Of a stretch of 64,000 nt of DNA, positions 38,146 to 46,157 are shown in pieces. Source of the DNA: Thermoanaerobacterales bacterium (GTDB lineage: Bacteria > Bacillota > Thermoanaerobacteria > Thermoanaerobacterales > UBA4877); NCBI GenBank assembly GCA_036752905.1, contig DAIORT010000007.1, positions 27,105-91,104 of the forward strand, read 5' to 3'. Positions within the stretch are counted from its first letter, which is position 1. Every line of letters begins with the position of its first letter. The position numbers and the translations under genes were made by a program. The notes under the pieces were generated by a model. That model made no database searches and was not told the origin of the DNA. It was given only the letters and a program-made list of their open reading frames with translations.

Positions 38146-39365
38146 TTAAACCACTTCCTTATGCCTTTAAGGCTTTCTACAAATTCATCGACCTCTTCAT
38201 GGGTATTGTATATATAGAAACTTGCCCTGCATGTTGCCGTCACCTTAAGATACCTCATGAGAGGCTGGGCACAGTGATGTCCGCTTCTTATAGCCACGCC
38301 GTCCTGGTCTAATATAGTGGCAACGTCATGGGGATGTATATCAGCCGCATTAAATGATATCACTCCCATCCTATCCTTCATATCTAATGGGCCGTATATT
38401 TTAACAAAGTCAATTTCCTTAAGCTTCTTCAAAGCATATTCAGTGAGGTCAACCTCGGCTTTATGGATGTTATCCATGCCTATGCCGTCCAAATAATCTA
38501 TGGCGGCGGCCAGGCCAATGGCTCCCTCCACATTCGGCGTGCCCGCCTCATACTTGAGCGGCGGATCGGCGAAAGTCGCCCTGTCCTCATACACCTCGTC
38601 TATCATCTCGCCGCCTCTCATAAACGCCGGCACCTCATCTAAAAGATCTTTTTTTATATACAGCACTCCAATACCCATGGGGCCCAGCATCTTATGACCG
38701 GAAAATGCGAAAAAGTCACATCCGATATCTCTCACATCCACCTTCATATGAGGCACACTCTGCGCACCGTCTACCAGCACCTTGGCACCGACCTTATGCG
38801 CCTCTTCAGTCATCTCGCGGACAGGGTTTATGATTCCCAGCACATTAGAAACCTGCTGCAACGCAACCAGCTTAACCCTGCTGCTCAGCATATTTCTGTA
38901 AGAATCCATATCCAGCCTGCTGTCCTCATTAAGATAGACATACCGAAGCTTGGCGCCCTTTTTCTCGGCAATCAACTGCCAGGGGAGCATATTGCTGTGA
39001 TGCTCGGCCACGGTAAGGATTATCTCATCACCCTTATTTATATTTTCCATAGCCCAGGCATATGCCACGAGGTTTATGGATTCGGTGGTGTTACGCGTAA
39101 ATATAATGGTTTCTTCACTGCCGGCATTTATAAACTCTGCAACCTTGTTCCTGGCCTTCTCGTATGCATTAGTAGCTACGCCGCTTAAGTAGTGGGCGCT
39201 TCTGTAAACATTGGCATTCATTCCAGTATAATAATCGTCTATTGACTTTATTACGCTAAGAGGCTTCTGTGTAGTGGCTGCATTATCAAGGTATATCAGG
39301 TCTTTGCCGTATGGCCTGGCCTTTAATATTGGGAAATCTTCTCTTATACTTTTAACATCAATCAT
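38142..39365 (-). CDS. sufS: Cysteine desulfurase SufS
   Basis: FSGHKMLGPMGIGVLY carries the PLP Lys, and RSGHHCAQPL carries the catalytic Cys loop. Confidence 0.9.
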   Translation of the reverse strand: MIDVKSIREDFPILKARPYGKDLIYLDNAATTQKPLSVIKSIDDYYTGMNANVYRSAHYLSGVATNAYEKARNKVAEFINAGSEETIIFTRNTTESINLVAYAWAMENINKGDEIILTVAEHHSNMLPWQLIAEKKGAKLRYVYLNEDSRLDMDSYRNMLSSRVKLVALQQVSNVLGIINPVREMTEEAHKVGAKVLVDGAQSVPHMKVDVRDIGCDFFAFSGHKMLGPMGIGVLYIKKDLLDEVPAFMRGGEMIDEVYEDRATFADPPLKYEAGTPNVEGAIGLAAAIDYLDGIGMDNIHKAEVDLTEYALKKLKEIDFVKIYGPLDMKDRMGVISFNAADIHPHDVATILDQDGVAIRSGHHCAQPLMRYLKVTATCRASFYIYNTHEEVDEFVESLKGIRKWFK

Positions 39366-40512
39366 TTTCGCTACCGATAAGCCTCCTTTTTATTATATCT
39401 CGCATGTCGTTCTTTAATCCATCATCAGGCAAGGCATCTATAACAGGGTTAAACCCGGCTTCCACCAGCATCATCCTGGCATCATCGTAGCTTAAGCCTC
39501 TGCTCATCATATAAAACAAAACATTTTTATCCAGCTCGCCGCAACTGGCGGCATGCCCCGCTTCCACATCATCATCTGCGCATTTAAGAGCAGGTATGGC
39601 ATCCGACCTTACGGTTTTGTCCAGCAATGTTACGCTCTCACTCTCATTGCCCTTTGCCCCTTTGGCACCATGCTTCATATCAAGGTCACCCCTGAATATC
39701 GAGTATGAATTATCCTTGAGTGCTCCCCTTATATCGATATCACTTGTTGTATGAGGTGCAAGATGATTTACCTTAAAGGAGAGGTCAAGCCTTCTATCTC
39801 CATCTAAAAGGAATGCGCCTTTGGCCCTGTTCTCACTGCCTTGTCCACGCATATACGTAGTATAGTTTACTGCACTGTTTCTACTGCCCATCTCGATTAC
39901 TGACCAATTTATAACAGCATCGTCTTCTAATATGCCCAGTACGGAGTTAAAATTATACGAGCTGTCCGACAGCCTCTGCAGTACGGTGAGCTCAACCCTG
40001 GAGCCCTCCTTTGCCAAAACCCTGGTCACGCCGTCATGAAATGAATTTTTACTAGAAAGGGTGTCATAATCTATAACAATGCGCGCCGTAGTAAAAGGTT
40101 CGGCTATGATGACGTTCTGGTCCAATATGAGGTCCCCATCCGAAGGATAGCGAATAATTACGGGAGACTTGCCTTCCTTATCCTTCTTAGGCCTTATTAC
40201 CACACCTGTATTAAAAAATGAATCGACCATGGATACAAACTTATCATCGACCCCAAAGGCCAGGCCGCTATCTATAATGTCCTTCACATCATCCTGCATG
40301 CCCGTATCCATAATATCCTTGACATCGGCATTACCGGGAGTAATGGAAAGCCTGCTGTATCCTTTATAATCCGGCAGTGTAAAGTCTTTCAAAGACAGCC
40401 TCTTCCACTTGGGCACATCCGATCCCTTATACCGCTTGTATCCTGACTCCCTGCCTTGTTTTATCCAGCCCGTGCTCTTGCTGCTCAACTTTTTTACCAA
40501 AGTTTCATCCAT
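39358..40512 (-). CDS. sufD: Fe-S cluster assembly protein SufD
   Basis: The beta-helix repeat region is SufB/D-like, and the C-terminal LFYMMSRGLSYDDARMMLVEAF is diagnostic. The position between sufB and sufS also fits. Confidence 0.85.
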   Translation of the reverse strand: MDETLVKKLSSKSTGWIKQGRESGYKRYKGSDVPKWKRLSLKDFTLPDYKGYSRLSITPGNADVKDIMDTGMQDDVKDIIDSGLAFGVDDKFVSMVDSFFNTGVVIRPKKDKEGKSPVIIRYPSDGDLILDQNVIIAEPFTTARIVIDYDTLSSKNSFHDGVTRVLAKEGSRVELTVLQRLSDSSYNFNSVLGILEDDAVINWSVIEMGSRNSAVNYTTYMRGQGSENRAKGAFLLDGDRRLDLSFKVNHLAPHTTSDIDIRGALKDNSYSIFRGDLDMKHGAKGAKGNESESVTLLDKTVRSDAIPALKCADDDVEAGHAASCGELDKNVLFYMMSRGLSYDDARMMLVEAGFNPVIDALPDDGLKNDMRDIIKRRLIGSEND

Positions 40513-40524
40513 TAATTTAACCTC

Positions 40525-41925
40525 CTACCCTATACTGCCATCCATTTCTATATTTATAAGCCTGCTCATTTCCACTGCATACTCCAGCGGCAGCGAACCT
40601 GATATCGGCTCCACAAATCCTTTCACTATCAAGGCTTTAGCATCATCTTCAGAAAGTCCCCTGCTCATCAGGTAATATATCTTTTCCTCGCTGATCTTGC
40701 CTACCTTAGCCTCATAACCCATATCCACCTGGTCATTTTGTATCTCTATTATCGGCAATGTATCATTCCTGGATTTATCATCCAGCATAAGACCCTCGCA
40801 CTGGACGGTGGTCTTAACTCCCGTCGCCTTGGGACCTACCTTGAGAAGCCCTCTGAAATTAGCTATGCCTCCATTTTTAGATATACTCTTGGACAGAACC
40901 TTAGAGGATGTGTCCGGCGCCAGATGCACCATCTTTGCGCCTGTATCCAGATGCTGACCGTGACCGGCAAACGTCACACTGGTGAAATCCGATGTAGCGC
41001 CTTTCCCTCTCAGTACCGACTCTGGATAGAGCATGGTCTTCTTGCTTCCAAAAGAGCCTGAAACCCATATCATGCTGCCTCCCTCATCCACAAGAGCCCT
41101 CTTGGTATTGAGGTTATAGGTGTTCCTGCTCCAGTTTTCTATGGTGGAATAACGGAGCTTGGCACCTTTCTTTACATAAAGCTCAACACAGCCAGCATGC
41201 AGATTGGATACCGCATACTGAGGTGCGGAGCATCCTTCGATATAATGAACATCCGCTCCTTCGTCCACTATGATTAGCGTATGCTCAAACTGCCCGCTTC
41301 CCGGCGCATTCATTCTAAAATAAGCCTGCAGTGGCGTATCCACCTTTACTCCCTTGGGCACATACACAAAACTACCGCCACTCCATATGGCACCATGCAG
41401 AGCAGCAAATTTGTGGTCCGTAGGAGGGACACACTTCATAAAATATTTTTTTATGACATCGGGGTATTTCTGAAGAGCCGTATCAAAGTCTTCAAATATT
41501 ACACCCTGCTTTGACAATTTTTCCTTTATATTATGATATATAATCTCGGAATCGAACTGAGCACCCACTCCGGCAAGATACTCCTTCTCCGCTTCTGGAA
41601 TGCCCAATCTGTCAAAAGTGTCCTTTATATCCTTGGGCACATCATCCCATGTCTTGGACTTTCTTGCATCGGGACTGATATAGGCAACGATATCGTCTAT
41701 GTTCAGTCCGCTTAAATCTACGCCCCACTCAGGCATGGGTTTACTATTATATATCTCCAGAGACTTTAAGCGAAACTCCCTCATCCAGTCAGGCTCATGC
41801 TTTAGGTGGGATATTTCCTCCACAGTCTCCGGTGTAAGACCCTTGGCTGTCTTGTGTTTATACTTTACCTTCGCCTTCATGTTATATCTGGAAAAATCTA
41901 TATCATTTATAACAGTCTTTGACAT
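40525..41925 (-). CDS. sufB: Fe-S cluster assembly protein SufB
   Basis: The translation EPDWMREFRLKSLE...FEHTLIIVDEGADVHYIEGCSAP...IYYLMSRGLSEDDAKALIVKGF is typical of SufB. Confidence 0.9.
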   Translation of the reverse strand: MSKTVINDIDFSRYNMKAKVKYKHKTAKGLTPETVEEISHLKHEPDWMREFRLKSLEIYNSKPMPEWGVDLSGLNIDDIVAYISPDARKSKTWDDVPKDIKDTFDRLGIPEAEKEYLAGVGAQFDSEIIYHNIKEKLSKQGVIFEDFDTALQKYPDVIKKYFMKCVPPTDHKFAALHGAIWSGGSFVYVPKGVKVDTPLQAYFRMNAPGSGQFEHTLIIVDEGADVHYIEGCSAPQYAVSNLHAGCVELYVKKGAKLRYSTIENWSRNTYNLNTKRALVDEGGSMIWVSGSFGSKKTMLYPESVLRGKGATSDFTSVTFAGHGQHLDTGAKMVHLAPDTSSKVLSKSISKNGGIANFRGLLKVGPKATGVKTTVQCEGLMLDDKSRNDTLPIIEIQNDQVDMGYEAKVGKISEEKIYYLMSRGLSEDDAKALIVKGFVEPISGSLPLEYAVEMSRLINIEMDGSIG

Positions 41926-41937
41926 TCTCTCACTCTC

Positions 41938-42690
41938 CTATATAAGCTCCTCTTCCTTTATAGATTCGTAGCCCGTCTTCTCCAGCTCTTTGGCCAGGCC
42001 GCTGTCGCCGACCTTCACAATGCGTCCGTTCATAAGTACATGCACCACGTCGGGCTTCAAATAATCCAGCAGGCGGTTGTGATGGGTAATTATTAGTAAA
42101 GACATGTCCCTTGTCCTAACCTTGTTTATAGACTCTGCCACTATCCTCAATGCGTCTATATCAAGACCGGAATCTATCTCATCAAGCATCACAAGCTTAG
42201 GATTGAGTACGGCCATCTGCAGCACTTCAGCCTTCTTCTTCTCTCCGCCGGAAAATCCCACATTGAGGTACCTCTCTGCGTACTCTTCCTTCATCTCCAA
42301 AAGCTGCATCTTTTCCTTAAGCAGTTTTTTAAATGCCAGTATAGAATGATTTTTACCCGTCACTGTATTTAAAGAAGTCCGGAGGAAATTCTCCAGGGTT
42401 ATGCCCTCTATCTCTTCGGGATATTGGAAAGACAGGAATATACCCTTCCGTGCCCTCTCATCTACCTTCATGCCGGCAATATCCTCGCCCTCAAACAGGA
42501 TTTTGCCTCCATCCACACGGTAAATAGGACTGCCCATTATGCTATTGCAAAGGGTGCTCTTGCCCCCGCCATTAGGTCCCATTATAGCGTGGACCTCTCC
42601 ATCTCCTATGGATAGGTTTATACCTTTGAGTATCTCCTTATCCTCTACACTTACCTTTAGATCTTTTATATCCAATAGTGCTTTGCCCAT
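41938..42690 (-). CDS. sufC: Fe-S cluster assembly ATPase SufC
   Basis: Walker A is GPNGGGKST, the ABC signature is FSGGEKKK, and Walker B is VMLDEIDSGLD. Confidence 0.9.
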   Translation of the reverse strand: MGKALLDIKDLKVSVEDKEILKGINLSIGDGEVHAIMGPNGGGKSTLCNSIMGSPIYRVDGGKILFEGEDIAGMKVDERARKGIFLSFQYPEEIEGITLENFLRTSLNTVTGKNHSILAFKKLLKEKMQLLEMKEEYAERYLNVGFSGGEKKKAEVLQMAVLNPKLVMLDEIDSGLDIDALRIVAESINKVRTRDMSLLIITHHNRLLDYLKPDVVHVLMNGRIVKVGDSGLAKELEKTGYESIKEEELI

Positions 42691-42913
42691 ATGTTTCTCC
42701 TTTCAAATCTAATTCCAAGTGTTTTACTATGAATTCTATTTAATTTATATCATAATAATGAAATAAATACAAGTATCTCAAGATTATATTTTACCCAGAG
42801 TTACGACTTGAAATACAGCTAACAATTAACAAGCTTAACTCGGAATTGTTACTAGGAAAATATGATTATATGTGATATAATATTTGTACAATATACCGAA
42901 AGGAGGAAATAAT

Positions 42914-43714
42914 ATGGCTGATTATTTATCCAGAGGAGATTCACCATTCTCCACAGAAAAATGGGCCGACATCGATGATGCTGTTGTTAATGCCGCTAAA
43001 TCGACACTTATCGGCAGGAAATTTATACCGCTTTACGGTCCTGTAGGACCCGGCACCTTTGTAGTAGCAAAAGACAAACTTGTTGAAGGTGAGGGTAATA
43101 TAGTAGGAAGCAGCGGTAAAACATTCATTCCGCTAAATACACTTTATCGTGATTTTATTTATCCTTGGAGAGACATAGAATATTTTGAGGAAAATAACCT
43201 TCCTTTGGACCTCTCCAGAGTCTCGTACGCAGCACGGCTTCTATCTTTAGAGGAGGACAAGCTGCTGTTTTACGGTGACAGCGAAAGAGGTATCGAAGGT
43301 ATACTTAATGCGGAAGGCCGGCAGGAATACACCACAGGTGACTGGGAAGAAGGAAGCGCCTATGATGACGTCACAAAGATACTCTCTCTCCTTAGAAGCA
43401 AGAATATGCTTGATCCATATGTGTTGGTGGTAAGCCCGGATATATATGCCGAGCTCAATAAAGTTTACAAGGATACACCATATTTGGACTCCGAAAGAAT
43501 AGAGAAACTAGGTGTTAAAATATACAGCTCACCGGCGCTAAAGGAAAACGACGGATTTATGGTGTCCGTAAGCAAAGATCATATGGACCTGGCCATAGGT
43601 CAGGATATCATCACAACATTCCTTGAGACAACGGATATGAACCATTACTTCAGGATAATGGAAATACTTGGTCTCAGGGTAAAGAATGCCGAGAGCATCG
43701 TTACTCTTAAGTAA
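42914..43714 (+). CDS. Family 1 encapsulin nanocompartment shell protein (Linocin_M18 / HK97 fold)
   Basis: The 266-aa protein is colinear in pattern with Thermotoga-type encapsulins. The N-terminus reads LSRGDSPFSTEKWADIDDAVVNAAKSTLIGRKF, compared with [22 protein letters not shown]...LYGRKF. The segments PYVLVVSPDIYAEL and DLAIGQDI also match. The RBS is AGGAGG. Confidence 0.85.
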   Translation: MADYLSRGDSPFSTEKWADIDDAVVNAAKSTLIGRKFIPLYGPVGPGTFVVAKDKLVEGEGNIVGSSGKTFIPLNTLYRDFIYPWRDIEYFEENNLPLDLSRVSYAARLLSLEEDKLLFYGDSERGIEGILNAEGRQEYTTGDWEEGSAYDDVTKILSLLRSKNMLDPYVLVVSPDIYAELNKVYKDTPYLDSERIEKLGVKIYSSPALKENDGFMVSVSKDHMDLAIGQDIITTFLETTDMNHYFRIMEILGLRVKNAESIVTLK

Positions 43715-43730
43715 AAGGAGGAATAAATAA

Positions 43731-44039
43731 ATGGCAGACGTAGGAAGCAGCTATAAAACAGAGGGATTGGAACAGTTTCTGATCTGGCTGAGGGAAGACA
43801 TAGCGGGAGAGATTGATGCTATGGACGACTATCAGTATCATATAGACTCCATAGACATACCCGAGATGAAAGAGATATTATCCCACATAAGGGATGAGGA
43901 GAAAGAACATCTGGCGGAGCTTACCGATCTCCTGCGCAGGTATGACAATGTGCAAAACGTTAAATTCGAAGAGGATGACTTCGCAGGTGGAACAAAATCT
44001 GACGAGGCATCTGACGGATTCACAGTAGGACAAGCTTAA
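43731..44039 (+). CDS. Encapsulated ferritin-like protein (EncFtn-type candidate cargo)
   Basis: The 102-aa protein has a Glu/Asp-Tyr block (GEIDAMDDYQYH) and an ExxH block (RDEEKEHLAEL) as in EncFtn di-iron sites. A disordered acidic linker leads to the C-terminal DGFTVGQA, which resembles T/I-V/I-G-S-L type targeting peptides. The gene is 16 nt downstream of the shell gene. Confidence 0.65.
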   Translation: MADVGSSYKTEGLEQFLIWLREDIAGEIDAMDDYQYHIDSIDIPEMKEILSHIRDEEKEHLAELTDLLRRYDNVQNVKFEEDDFAGGTKSDEASDGFTVGQA

Positions 44040-44063
44040 GTATAGTTAAATAAGACATGACAG

Positions 44064-44095
44064 CGCACCCTTGATATATCAGGGTGCGTTTTTTT
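44064..44095 (+). terminator. Rho-independent terminator of the encapsulin operon
   Basis: CGCACCCTtgatatatcAGGGTGCG is followed by TTTTTTT. Confidence 0.8.
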
Positions 44096-44171
44096 ATGAC
44101 GGTAACTATATCAAAGTGCAGCAAGACCATTAGTTTGATATAATATATATAGATAAATTTGTACAACCGAG

Positions 44172-46130
44172 GTGACACAATTGACTCCGCTACTGATAAA
44201 AGGCCGGGCCGCAAGCGGCTTAACCACCTGTCTCATAGATAAACTAAAAGACCTCGCCGGAAGGTGCCCGCGTACAGACGGCATACTTTTCCTTACACTT
44301 AATAAACCCAATATGAACTATATAAAGGAAAATATAAACCTCCAGGCGGATACCGGCATAAACATAACAACCTTTCCCCGGTTTATAACCGATGAACTCG
44401 TACTTTTCTGGCCGCTGGTGATTCAAAGTTGCAAGGACATACCCGGGGGGCGGTCCACACCCGTACTGATAGACTCCCTTACCTCCCACGATATTATGAG
44501 ACGCATAGTGGAAAAGCTTCAGCTAGGCGGCGCCTTTGCAGACGTAAAGTCAACATCGGACAGTATATCCCTTGAGATAATGCATAACTTATCCCGGGCG
44601 GTTTTCTCCCTCAGGGATTATCATGACATCTCAGGCGTGCTCTCCAAAGCAAACCCCAACAGGGATAAGTCGATATACGAGGACATGCAGAAGGCCCTCG
44701 ATAAATACATAGATATCCTTAAGAAAAGTGGGTTTATAGACTACGGCCTGGCCATGCATCTCTATGGCAAATGCCTCCTGAATAATGATATTTACCGTAG
44801 GTATTTTAAAAATACATACAGGTACCTGTTTGCAGACAATCTGGAAGAGTCCGTTCCCGCGATGGTGCACTTCATCTCCATCTTCCTGGATGATTTCGAC
44901 GAGGCCTGCCTGACCTTTTCCACAGATGGAGGATATACGACCGTCCTGGGAGCCTCGCCGGACTACGCCTTAAAACAGCTTGAAGGCAGATGTGAGGTTA
45001 AACAGATGGGAAATGCATATAACTGCCCTAATGATATAAAAGATCTGGCGGATACGCTGGAGAAGAACATATGCGGCGCTACCGATGCGTCCTGCTCCAC
45101 TTTTGTCCGCCTTATAGAGTGTGAATACAAAAGCGACATGATGACTGCAGCCGTGGGCGAAGTGAGAAAGCTGGTATCATCCGGATTAAAACCGGGGGAG
45201 ATATCTCTCATAGCCCCTTACCTGGATCCGGTCACAGAGGAGCTGCTACTATCCGGGCTTAAGTCGCAGGGCATTCCCGGCCTGGCCCTGACCAATACAG
45301 GCAGACTGATAGACCAGCCTTTCATAGGTATAGTCGTGACTCTAACCATGCTGGCGCACCCCTGGTGGGGCATACACCCTAGCCACAGCGAGCTGGCGGA
45401 GACATTCAGGGTTTGTTTTAATATGGACCCGGTCAGAGCATCCATACTGGCGGATGTTGCACAAAACAAAAAATCACTTTCCCACCTCAGCTGTCAGGAC
45501 TTGATGCGTGTTGGATTCGCCACTAATGCGAAATATGAATCCCTGCTGGACTGGCTGGGCAGCTATACTCAGGAGATTCCCATAGACGAGTTTCTGGAAA
45601 AACTACTTTGGGATTATCTCATACCCCTTCCGGCGGCACAGGACAATATACTGGCCACCCGGCGGCTCATTGATATGGCCGCTAGCTATAAAAAGACAAT
45701 GGAGATAATGCAGCCGGACAAAATGTATGATGCAGACTTTATTAAATCGGTAAAACGCGGAATAAAGGGAATGGAGATACTCGGCGAAAAGCCGAGAGAT
45801 GCTGTGGTCATAGCAACACCCTATTCATATCTTATGAATCCCATCATTTCTGCAGCACAGATATGGCTGGACGTCTCCGACAAGGATTGGGAAGACAGCG
45901 GGGTAAGGTCTCTATCCAACCCATATCTTTTCCATCCGGGATACGGCGGTATATGGGACACCTGCCAAGAAGAGCAATGCTCCCGCAAGATGCTATGCTG
46001 CCGCGTGGTAAATCTCACGAAGCACTGCACCGGCAGTCTTACGGTGATAAACTGCCGGCTCACAGCCGGTTTTTCCGAGCAGAACGGCATGCTGGTAGAC
46101 TACCTTAAAAATGCATGCAATATGACATAG
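44172..46130 (+). CDS. AddB-like inactivated SF1 helicase-fold protein (degenerate Walker A, no nuclease domain)
   Basis: The N-terminus LLIKGRAASGLTTCLIDKL aligns with AddB FLVGRSGSGKTKLI, but the Walker Lys is replaced by Leu. ITTFPRF and YLFADNLEES sit at the positions of motifs III and II without catalytic residues. The C-terminal tail is Cys-rich. The start is either GTG 44172 or TTG 44181 (after GAGGTG). Confidence 0.6.
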   Translation: MTQLTPLLIKGRAASGLTTCLIDKLKDLAGRCPRTDGILFLTLNKPNMNYIKENINLQADTGINITTFPRFITDELVLFWPLVIQSCKDIPGGRSTPVLIDSLTSHDIMRRIVEKLQLGGAFADVKSTSDSISLEIMHNLSRAVFSLRDYHDISGVLSKANPNRDKSIYEDMQKALDKYIDILKKSGFIDYGLAMHLYGKCLLNNDIYRRYFKNTYRYLFADNLEESVPAMVHFISIFLDDFDEACLTFSTDGGYTTVLGASPDYALKQLEGRCEVKQMGNAYNCPNDIKDLADTLEKNICGATDASCSTFVRLIECEYKSDMMTAAVGEVRKLVSSGLKPGEISLIAPYLDPVTEELLLSGLKSQGIPGLALTNTGRLIDQPFIGIVVTLTMLAHPWWGIHPSHSELAETFRVCFNMDPVRASILADVAQNKKSLSHLSCQDLMRVGFATNAKYESLLDWLGSYTQEIPIDEFLEKLLWDYLIPLPAAQDNILATRRLIDMAASYKKTMEIMQPDKMYDADFIKSVKRGIKGMEILGEKPRDAVVIATPYSYLMNPIISAAQIWLDVSDKDWEDSGVRSLSNPYLFHPGYGGIWDTCQEEQCSRKMLCCRVVNLTKHCTGSLTVINCRLTAGFSEQNGMLVDYLKNACNMT

Positions 46131-46157
46131 TGGCACAATATATCAGGGGGATTTAAT

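Noticed and set aside
42750-42761. Fur/PerR-box-like word TCATAATAATGA in the suf/encapsulin intergenic region
   Set aside because: It is only an imperfect short palindrome in very AT-rich DNA. I cannot distinguish it from background without a scoring matrix.
42882-42891. ATTTGTACAA downstream of a GATATAAT -10 box at both the encapsulin (42874-42891) and helicase-trio (44137-44166) promoters; TTGTACAA also occurs at 57904
   Set aside because: The palindromic AT-rich 8-mer is expected by chance a few times in 64 kb. Its spacing to the -10 box differs (0 versus 12 nt). This is insufficient to call a shared operator.
44020-44311. Small minus-strand ORFs (64 and 66 aa) across the encapsulin terminator and helicase promoter
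   Set aside because: They span a terminator hairpin and promoter region. They have no RBS and overlap the start of a motif-supported plus-strand gene.
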